Origin: Thermodesulfobacteriota bacterium
Lineage (GTDB): Bacteria > Desulfobacterota > Binatia > UBA9968 > JAJDTQ01
Reading direction: 5' to 3'
DNA length: 64,000 nt
Assembly: GCA_965116735.1 (NCBI GenBank)
Contig: OZ220712.1
Coordinates: 181,907 to 245,906, forward strand
Part shown: in pieces, positions 54,330 to 61,359 of the stretch
Layout of the letters: each line of letters starts with the position of its first letter
Numbering within the stretch: position 1 is the stretch's first letter
The notes under the pieces: model-generated
The model's database searches: none
The model's input: the letters and a program-made list of their open reading frames with translations, nothing else
Told to the model about the DNA's origin: nothing
Position numbers and translations under genes: made by a program

Positions 54330-55811
54330 ATGGCCAGACCGCAACGGATACACGACGCCGAGCTGACCCCCTTCGACGACCTTCGCGTGTGGCTCGCGCA
54401 GGTGGAGGAGAAGGGCCAGTTGGAGCGCATATCCGGCGCCCACTGGGACCTGGAGGTGGGCGCGCTGAACGAGATCATCTGCGAGCGCACGCCGACCCCG
54501 CCCGCGCTGCTGTTCGAGGACGTCGTGGGGCACGAAGGTAAGGGTCGGGTGCTGGCCAACATGATGGAGACCATGGAGCGCACCGCGCTCGCCCTGAACC
54601 TGCCTCCGGATCTCAGCACCCTCGAGGTCATCGACCGGCTGCGCACGCGTCTAGCCTCCTTGGAGCCGGTGGAGCCGCGGGTGCTGGCGACCGGGCCGGT
54701 CATGGAAAACCGTCATACCGGCGACGACATCAACATCCTCGACATCCCCGTTCCGCGCTGGCACTCGGGCGACGGCGGCCGTTACCTGGGCACCGCGCAC
54801 CTGGTGGTCACGCGGGATCCGGAGACGGGCGACGAGAACGTGGGCTGCTACCGGGTCATGGTGCACGAGCGCGACAAGCTCGCGCTCTACATCTCGCCGG
54901 GCAAGCACGGTCGCATGCACATGGAAAAGACGCTCCGCGCCGGTAAGCCCATGCAGGTGGCCATGGCCTTCGGCCAGCACCCGCTGATCTTCATGGCCGC
55001 GACCCAGGCGGTGCCCCCGGGCGTGAGCGAGTACGCCTGGGCCGGCGGCCTGGTGGAACAGCCCCTGAGCGTCATCGAGGCGCCCATCACCGGGCTCCGC
55101 GTGCCCGCCGCCGCGGAGATCGTAGTGGAAGGGGAGATCATCCCCGGCGACACCCGCCCCGAGGGCCCCTTCGGCGAGTGGACCGGCTACTACGCCAGCG
55201 CCCGCCGGGCCGAGCCGGTCGTGCAGTTGAAGGCCGTTTACCACCGGGACAATCCGATCCTCACCGGCGCGCCGCCGTTCCGTCCCACCATCCACGGCAT
55301 GTACCGCTCCATGCTGCGTTCGGCGATGATCTGGAACGGTGTGGAGAGGGGCGGGGTGCCGGACGTGGTGGGTGTGTACGTGCCGCCGCCGGCCCAGCGT
55401 TTCATGATCGTCGTCTCCATTCGGCAGCGTTACCCGGGCCATGCCAAGCAGGCGGCGATGATGGCCGCCCAGTGCCACGCCGGCGCCTACCTCGGCCGCT
55501 ACGTGGTGGTGGTGGTGGACGACGACGTGGACATCACCAACCTGAACGAGGTGGTGTGGGCCATGTGCACGCGCTCCAACCCCGAGGAGTCCATCGACAT
55601 CATCCGCCGCACCTGGAGCGGGCCGCTGGACCCCATCATCCCGCGCGACAAGAAGGGCCTCAACTCCCGCGCCATCATCGACGCCACCCGGCCCTTCGAG
55701 TGGAAGGACCAGTTCCCGGCGGTGAGCCAGATCGACAAGGAGACACACGACGCCGTGTCCGGCAAGTGGCAGGACGAGTTGGACCGGGTGGTGCGGGGGC
55801 ACCGGCAATAG
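54330..55811 (+). CDS. UbiD-family decarboxylase
   Basis: 493 aa. ..FDDLRVWLAQVEEKGQLERI.. AGAGAGG RBS. Confidence 0.9.
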   Translation: MARPQRIHDAELTPFDDLRVWLAQVEEKGQLERISGAHWDLEVGALNEIICERTPTPPALLFEDVVGHEGKGRVLANMMETMERTALALNLPPDLSTLEVIDRLRTRLASLEPVEPRVLATGPVMENRHTGDDINILDIPVPRWHSGDGGRYLGTAHLVVTRDPETGDENVGCYRVMVHERDKLALYISPGKHGRMHMEKTLRAGKPMQVAMAFGQHPLIFMAATQAVPPGVSEYAWAGGLVEQPLSVIEAPITGLRVPAAAEIVVEGEIIPGDTRPEGPFGEWTGYYASARRAEPVVQLKAVYHRDNPILTGAPPFRPTIHGMYRSMLRSAMIWNGVERGGVPDVVGVYVPPPAQRFMIVVSIRQRYPGHAKQAAMMAAQCHAGAYLGRYVVVVVDDDVDITNLNEVVWAMCTRSNPEESIDIIRRTWSGPLDPIIPRDKKGLNSRAIIDATRPFEWKDQFPAVSQIDKETHDAVSGKWQDELDRVVRGHRQ

Positions 55812-55834
55812 GCGCCTCGCTACGCCTGTCCCAA

Positions 55835-55951
55835 GCCCTTCGACAAGCCTGTCCTGAGCTTGTCGAAGGGCTCAGGACAGGCTTGAAGAAGGGCTCGGGA
55901 CGAACGGGATTCCCGTTCGTCCTGAGCGTAGCGAAGCGAAGTCGAAGGACG
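55835..55951. repeat. REP family D cluster (several interlocking hairpins)
   Basis: gcccttcgacaagcctgtcctgagcttgtcgaagggctcaggacaggc... cgaacgggattcccgttcgtcctgagcgtagcgaagcgaagtcgaaggacg. Confidence 0.75.
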
Positions 55952-55972
55952 TTGGACCGAGAGGAGCACGAC

Positions 55973-56584
55973 ATGAGCGATGCCATCAAACTTTACGATT
56001 TCAAGACCTCGCCCAACTGCCAGCGGGTGAAGGTGGTGCTGGAAGAGAAGGGGCTGGACTACGAGACGGTCCCCATCGACCTGCGCAAGCAAGAGCAGAA
56101 GGCGCCGGAATACCTCGCCATGAACCCCTACGGCAAGGTGCCGGTGCTGGTGGACGGCGACACCGTGCTCTACGAGTCCTGCATCATCAACGAGTACCTG
56201 GAGGACAGGTACCCCGATCCGCCGCTGCTGCCAGCCGACCCCTCGGCACGGGCCCGCATCCGCATCCTCATCGACTACGGCATCAACCACACCAACGACA
56301 GCCACCAGGCGGTCCGCGCGGAGATGATGAAGGCCGAGGGCGAGCGCGACGCCGGCGCCCTGGCCGCGGCCAAGGCACGGTTCCTCGAGGAGTTGCAGCC
56401 CCTGGAGCGCGAGCTGGAAGGCCGCGACTACATGGCCGGCGACTTCTCGCTGCTCGACGCCGCTCACCTGCCGCGGGTCATGCGCCACGTCGAGTGGGGC
56501 ATCCTGCCGGATCCGAGCGTACCGTTGCTGAATGCGTGGTACGAGCGCATGACCGCGCGCGCGTCCGTCCGTGCCCTTGCCTGA
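55973..56584 (+). CDS. glutathione S-transferase
   Basis: ..LYDFKTSPNCQRVKVVLEEKGLDYE.. Trx-like N domain plus helical C domain. Confidence 0.9.
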   Translation: MSDAIKLYDFKTSPNCQRVKVVLEEKGLDYETVPIDLRKQEQKAPEYLAMNPYGKVPVLVDGDTVLYESCIINEYLEDRYPDPPLLPADPSARARIRILIDYGINHTNDSHQAVRAEMMKAEGERDAGALAAAKARFLEELQPLERELEGRDYMAGDFSLLDAAHLPRVMRHVEWGILPDPSVPLLNAWYERMTARASVRALA

Positions 56585-57713
56585 GTCCCCGCGGATCGTC
56601 CTTCTCGGCATCGGCCACACCAACGCTCACGTCCTCGACATGTGGCGTCGGGAACCCATTCCCGGCGCCCGCCTCGTGTGCGTGTCGAGCTTCGCCGCCG
56701 CCACCTACTCCGGCATGCTGCCCGGCACGTTGTCCGGCCAGTACCCGCCCGGCACCCTGGAAATCGACCTCCGGAGCCTCGCGAACGCGGCCAGGGCCGA
56801 GCTCGTGGTGGCGCCGGCGCTTGCCGTGGACATGGAAACGCGGACCGTGCGGTTCGAGGACCGCGAGCCGGTTCCCTTCGACGTCCTATCGGTCGGCGTC
56901 GGCTCGGTGCCCAACCGCGCCGGCATCGATGCGCCCGCCGGCGCCTGGGTTCCCATCAAGCCCATGCAGACCTTCCTCATGCGCCTCTACGAGTGTCTCC
57001 AGGAGTTGAAGTGGCAAGGCAGGGAGGCCATCCGGACATTGATCATCGGCGGCGGCGTGGGCGGCATCGAGATCAGCCTGTGCCTGCCCGCATACCTGAA
57101 CCGGTTGTCCGGCGGGTTGCGCTACGCCATCACCATCGCCGATGCCGGCGAGCGCATCGGCGGCGGCCTGTCTCCCCGGGCGTTGCGCCGCGCGGAGGCG
57201 CTGCTGGCGGTCCGGGGCGTCGAAGTGCTCACGGGCACCCGGATCACGCGCGTCGAGGAACGGGAAGCCGTGTACGCGGACGGCCGCCGCACTCGCGCGG
57301 ATCTGGTCATCCTCGCCGCCGGGGCGGCTCCGCCGCCAGTAGTGGAAAACATGGACCTGCCGAAGGACTCGAGAGGGTTCCTGCTCACCCGGGACACCCT
57401 CCAGTCCACCGGCCCGGCCAACGTCTTTGCGGTAGGAGACAGCGGCACCCTGGAAGGCGCCGCCACACCCAAGGCCGGCGTCTACGCCGTCCGCCAGGGA
57501 CCGGTTCTATGGAACAACATCGGCGCCCTCGTACGCGGCGAACCGCTGTCCCCCTACGAACCCCAGCACGACTTCCTGCGCCTCCTCAACACCGGCGACG
57601 GCAAAGCGCTCATGGACTACAAGGGCTGGTCCGCCCACGCCCGCTGGTGCTGGTGGTTCAAGGACTACCTCGACAGCCGCTTCATGGCGCGGTTCCGGGT
57701 TGTCCGGGGCTGA
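56571..57713 (+). CDS. FAD-dependent pyridine-nucleotide-disulfide-type oxidoreductase (NDH-2/SQR-like)
   Basis: ..IVLLGIGHTNAH.. ..YSGMLPG.. ..IIGGGVGGIE.. GTG start overlapping the GST end by 14 nt. Confidence 0.75.
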   Translation: MPLPESPRIVLLGIGHTNAHVLDMWRREPIPGARLVCVSSFAAATYSGMLPGTLSGQYPPGTLEIDLRSLANAARAELVVAPALAVDMETRTVRFEDREPVPFDVLSVGVGSVPNRAGIDAPAGAWVPIKPMQTFLMRLYECLQELKWQGREAIRTLIIGGGVGGIEISLCLPAYLNRLSGGLRYAITIADAGERIGGGLSPRALRRAEALLAVRGVEVLTGTRITRVEEREAVYADGRRTRADLVILAAGAAPPPVVENMDLPKDSRGFLLTRDTLQSTGPANVFAVGDSGTLEGAATPKAGVYAVRQGPVLWNNIGALVRGEPLSPYEPQHDFLRLLNTGDGKALMDYKGWSAHARWCWWFKDYLDSRFMARFRVVRG

Positions 57714-57767
57714 TGGCGGAGCAACACAGAAGTCGGAACCGCCGTTTTGTCCACCCTCGTCAACGCA

Positions 57768-57796
57768 AACGGGGCTGCGCCCGACGCAGCCCCGTT
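57768..57796. terminator. 12-bp perfect GC-rich hairpin, possible bidirectional terminator
   Basis: aacggggctgcg-cccga-cgcagccccgtt, between the convergent ends 57713 (+) and 57873 (-). On the minus strand it is followed by tttgcgtt. Confidence 0.45.
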
Positions 57797-57872
57797 CATT
57801 AAGATCCTTGCGTGCCAGTGGGACACAAGGGAAGATAAACAACAGGAAAGATATCGATCTGTTGACGACTCG

Positions 57873-58286
57873 TCAAGGCACATCGCGCCATTTGGCGAGC
57901 GCGGCCAACTCTGTAGCATGTTGTTTCTGCCTGTCCCTCCGTTGGTCGTCGTACGGTAGATTCAGGAAGATGTCGGCGTGGTACACATTGTCTTCCTTGG
58001 GGGTCGCCCTTACGGACCGTCCGCTGGAAGCAGCTTCGACTACCTCCAGGGTTGCCCAACCGTAGAAGTCCCGGGGAGGAGTCCTTTGACGCCCCGTATT
58101 CTCTGACAATGCGGCTAGGTCGGTCGGGGAGGCGTGGTCCATCCGATCCACCGAGATCGAGTCGGCTCCCAGGCTCTCAAGAAAAACGTCAGGAACGACG
58201 ATTCCCCTTCTGCCTCGCTTCGCCAAGCGGCTTGAGAATACGCTCCTGCCTATGGTTTCGGAATCGTGAAGTTCTGGAAGAGTCAC
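57873..58286 (-). CDS. hypothetical protein C of the orphan 3-gene operon (137 aa)
   Basis: GTG start 2 nt after the stop of gene B. AT-rich patch. No family recognised. ..GWATLEVVEAASSGRSV..NVYHADIFLNLP.. then RRDRQKQH. Confidence 0.55.
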   Translation of the reverse strand: MTLPELHDSETIGRSVFSSRLAKRGRRGIVVPDVFLESLGADSISVDRMDHASPTDLAALSENTGRQRTPPRDFYGWATLEVVEAASSGRSVRATPKEDNVYHADIFLNLPYDDQRRDRQKQHATELAALAKWRDVP

Positions 58287-58288
58287 GC

Positions 58289-58870
58289 TCAGGTGTCTGC
58301 GAGTCGCTGTAGCTGTTCTCTCACGAAGCCATCGGGGAGTTCGGAAGCATCGTCATACCGGGCGCGACGATTTTTCCCGTTGACGTATGAGAAACACGCA
58401 CCCTCTCCGTCGTTTCCGACCAAAATCAAGACGGCAGACTTGGCCGCGATTGGCTTGAAATAGAGAGCGATCTCGCCGTCTTCGGTAGGATACACGGTCG
58501 GAGCGATTGATTGGGTCGCTAGTGCGGAGAGAATTCGCCTCGCCTGGTCCTTTGTGCTGGGAAAGATCTCTGGCAAGGACTCGCCCACCGCTTCTTGGTC
58601 TACGTCGTTCAATTCCGCCAGCGCGGTGTCGAGCCAGTCCTTGCGTTGCGTGATTTCTTGAGTTCCGTGAAACAATACCCAAGGATCGGCTGATCGGCCG
58701 TCAAGGGCATGAGTCCGCAACGACAACGGTGGCAGCGACGAGTTGTAGGGTAGGGACGTCGACTGCGTTTCTAGGGCCGTTCCTTGCCTTTTGCGTAAGT
58801 ATTCCCTTGTCGCCCGCGCCTTTTCGAACGTAGTGACGTCGCGGGCGAGGCTGCCAGCCTGCGGGGTCAT
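58289..58870 (-). CDS. hypothetical protein B of the orphan 3-gene operon (193 aa)
   Basis: ATGA overlap with gene A. No family recognised. Confidence 0.6.
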   Translation of the reverse strand: MTPQAGSLARDVTTFEKARATREYLRKRQGTALETQSTSLPYNSSLPPLSLRTHALDGRSADPWVLFHGTQEITQRKDWLDTALAELNDVDQEAVGESLPEIFPSTKDQARRILSALATQSIAPTVYPTEDGEIALYFKPIAAKSAVLILVGNDGEGACFSYVNGKNRRARYDDASELPDGFVREQLQRLADT

Positions 58871-59577
58871 TGCGGGTTCTCTCCAAGGTATGTCAATCCC
58901 ATGGCTTCATCCCCCAATCTGTCGATTCGAACCCAAAGTTCCCGTTGTTCATCAAATGACGTCAACTGTTGCGAGCCAATAAGTATCATCGTAGTGACGA
59001 AAACGCCGTTCGCCAGAAAGGCGGACTTTTCGAGTGTGCGGTGTAGAGACCAGCGGCCTTGTTTGTCCGAGAGTGTGATCTTTGCGGCTGGACTATACTC
59101 GATCTGCATGTCGGCCGCCGCGATGTCGATCGGCTCCTTCCAAGCGAATTGAGCCAGATACGTGTCCACAGCACCGTCGTTCACCGCAGGGGCGTGTTCG
59201 CTCGAGTTGATGGATACTTGATCTCTTCCATAGCACCCGAGATCTCGCGACAGAATATCCGTTGACTGGCGGATGATTTCGTTGACGGTGGGATAGTCGT
59301 TTTCGGTCAAACTACCGAAGTTCAACTGCAGAGTCCCCGGGCTGAGCACGATGGTGCTCGCTCCACCAAATATCCGATATGTGCACCGGGATTCTCCGAG
59401 CTCCGAAGAGTCGTTGGAGTGGAAGTCGTGCGGCCGAACCGAGAGCAGGTCCCCGAGTTCGCGGACAATCGCGGCCATGAAGGTTGTCTCCGCCGCGCCC
59501 CACGCAGTGATGAAGGGAGACAACTCGAAGGTTATCGAGAGGTTCTGCCTCTCTGCTTTCCGTAGCTGGATCTTCAT
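58867..59577 (-). CDS. hypothetical protein A of the orphan 3-gene operon (236 aa)
   Basis: First gene of the operon. A perfect TATAAT lies 12 nt upstream of the ATG. No family recognised. Confidence 0.6.
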   Translation of the reverse strand: MKIQLRKAERQNLSITFELSPFITAWGAAETTFMAAIVRELGDLLSVRPHDFHSNDSSELGESRCTYRIFGGASTIVLSPGTLQLNFGSLTENDYPTVNEIIRQSTDILSRDLGCYGRDQVSINSSEHAPAVNDGAVDTYLAQFAWKEPIDIAAADMQIEYSPAAKITLSDKQGRWSLHRTLEKSAFLANGVFVTTMILIGSQQLTSFDEQRELWVRIDRLGDEAMGLTYLGENPQ

Positions 59578-59589
59578 CGGTCCGAGTCA

Positions 59590-59595
59590 ATTATA
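59590..59595 (-). promoter_or_regulatory. possible -10 box (TATAAT) of the 3-gene operon
   Basis: Minus strand reads ..ttgtagaggcagttttcgtgaTATAATtgactcggaccgATG. Confidence 0.3.
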
Positions 59596-59643
59596 TCACG
59601 AAAACTGCCTCTACAACGGATCACACCCCTCCCCATCTTGGCA

Positions 59644-59802
59644 TCACTCACATGCCCCTACGGTTTCTCGTACTGTTTCGCCCCGTACATGGTCGCCCTT
59701 GCGGATGTCGATGGGGTGGATGCGGTATTCCAGCTCCAGCTCCTCCAGCGCAATGTGCAGCTTGCGGCCGTTGCTGGTCCGCCACGAGTATGCCTCGATC
59801 AT
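59644..59802 (-). pseudogene. glutathione S-transferase N-terminal remnant
   Basis: MIEAYSWRTSNGRKLHIALEELELEYRIHPIDIRKGD.. is a GST (YfcG/YghU-like) N-terminus. Similarity is lost after ~36 codons and the frame stops at codon 53. Confidence 0.55.
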
Positions 59803-59809
59803 GGTGACA

Positions 59810-60202
59810 CTAATCCCTTTCTCCGGTCCGCAGCCTTCGCTCCCAGTCGTACTCGCGGTTGGTGACCATGTTCTCCATGCGTTGGATGCGACGGTCGAGT
59901 TGACCGAAGGTGCGGCGCAGGCGATTCAGCGCAGCCGTACGCGAGTGCGCGTAGCTGTTGTAGAAGTCCTGTTCTCCTTCCGTCTGCAAGGGCAGCACGG
60001 GCTCCGGCTTCAGGACCAGGGCGGCGAGCAGATAGAGGCCGGCAAACGGCCAGAATCCGGTGCTGATCAACAGGACGACGGCGATCACGCGGATCCACAA
60101 CACCCGCACGTCCAGGTGTTCCGCGAGACCGCGACACACGCCCAGAATGACGCCGCGACGCGAGCGATAGATGCGGGCAGTCCTCGAATAGCCTCGAATC
60201 AT
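59810..60202 (-). CDS. pspC: envelope stress response membrane protein PspC
   Basis: ..IYRSRRGVILGVCRGLAEHLDV.. PspC domain plus TM. 4-nt overlap with pspB. Confidence 0.85.
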   Translation of the reverse strand: MIRGYSRTARIYRSRRGVILGVCRGLAEHLDVRVLWIRVIAVVLLISTGFWPFAGLYLLAALVLKPEPVLPLQTEGEQDFYNSYAHSRTAALNRLRRTFGQLDRRIQRMENMVTNREYDWERRLRTGERD

Positions 60203-60432
60203 GGGTTTCGGTCCTTTCTGTCGAGTAGAATGGTCTCCAGGGATTCCACACGGTCTTCGAGCCGGGTCAGCCCCTGGTAAAGCTCCTGCATCAGCTTGGC
60301 CTCTTCGCCACCGGCTCCGTTGCCGCGGAGCGACTTGATCGCCCACACCACCATGACTATCAATGCCGCACCCAGGATCAAGAGGACCCCGAGCACGCCC
60401 AACACTATTCCCACGATGCTTTCCGGTGTCAT
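60199..60432 (-). CDS. pspB: envelope stress response membrane protein PspB
   Basis: 77 aa, single N-terminal TM plus coiled tail, located between pspA and pspC. Confidence 0.85.
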   Translation of the reverse strand: MTPESIVGIVLGVLGVLLILGAALIVMVVWAIKSLRGNGAGGEEAKLMQELYQGLTRLEDRVESLETILLDRKDRNP

Positions 60433-60477
60433 CCTCGCTCACTCATGCGCATCAGCCGGACAGGCCGTCGCCGTGTC

Positions 60478-61146
60478 TCAGGTATCGGACCGCCGGGCGG
60501 CATCCTTGAGCGCCCGCAGTTCGGCTTCGATTTCTTCGTCCTGTCCGAGGCGGACGAACTCTTCGTCGAGATCCGGTTTCCGCGCAAAGTTCACCAGTTC
60601 GGCCTCGGCCTCCATGCGCTCGATACGGTTTTCGAACTGCTCGAAACGCAGCATCGTGTCCGCGCTGCCCATCTTGCGGATCCCGGTCTGGGCGCGCTTC
60701 CGCTCGTGCGCCTGAATGTGGCGCTGCACCAGGATGCGTTGCTTCTCCTTCGCTTTCGCCAGCTTGTCTTCCAACTGGGCCATGTCGGACTGGTATTGTT
60801 CAATGATGGCGGAGCACTGGATCGCCTCGTTCTCCAGCGTCTCCGAGCGTTCCCGATAGCGCCGCTTTTCCATCAGCGCCTCCCGCGCCAGGTCTTCACG
60901 TCCCTTGTCCACCGCGAGGGTGGCCTTGTCCCCCCACTGGTCGTGGCGCCGTCGCGCTTCGTCGAGCTCGCGCTCGACCTTCTTGTGCGTCGCCATCGCC
61001 TGGGCGCAAGCCACCTTGATCTCGACCAGTGTGTCCTCCATCTCCTGTATCATCAGCCGGATGAGCTTTTCCGGATCCTCTGCCTTGTCCAGCATCGAGT
61101 TGATGTTCGAGCTGATGATGTCGCTCAAGCGTGTAAAGATTCCCAT
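60478..61146 (-). CDS. pspA: phage shock protein A
   Basis: MGIFTRLSDIISSNINSMLDKAEDPEKLIRLMIQEMEDTL.. canonical PspA. GGGAGGAAG RBS. Confidence 0.95.
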   Translation of the reverse strand: MGIFTRLSDIISSNINSMLDKAEDPEKLIRLMIQEMEDTLVEIKVACAQAMATHKKVERELDEARRRHDQWGDKATLAVDKGREDLAREALMEKRRYRERSETLENEAIQCSAIIEQYQSDMAQLEDKLAKAKEKQRILVQRHIQAHERKRAQTGIRKMGSADTMLRFEQFENRIERMEAEAELVNFARKPDLDEEFVRLGQDEEIEAELRALKDAARRSDT

Positions 61147-61206
61147 TTCGACTTCCTCCCTCGGGGTTTAGCGGAGCACGTGTCCGTGCCGCTGTGTTCT
61201 GGAGAA

Positions 61207-61222
61207 AGCATAAAGGGTGCCA
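61207..61222 (-). promoter_or_regulatory. sigma-54 promoter (-24 TGGCAC / -12 aTGC) for pspA
   Basis: Minus strand reads TGGCAC-CCTTT-ATGCT with GG and GC at the correct spacing, ~60 nt upstream of the pspA ATG. Confidence 0.65.
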
Positions 61223-61359
61223 ACTGCTGCCACATTTCCAACATCCTGTTTTCTCTAAGTTTTCATGTTTACGGACATGCCACACCAGTTAGTCAAATAC
61301 ACCGAATAATAGTGAATCTGATTAATATATGGTATATTCTGCTATCCGCAGGGAGGTCC

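Noticed and set aside
56571-57713. Link between the FAD oxidoreductase and selenium metabolism (it resembles the N-terminal domain fused to SelD in some bacteria)
   Set aside because: The resemblance is from memory of a few motifs (..GHTNAH.., YSGMLPG). The gene is 49 kb from the UGSC gene and has no SelD domain. The evidence is too weak to report as a finding.
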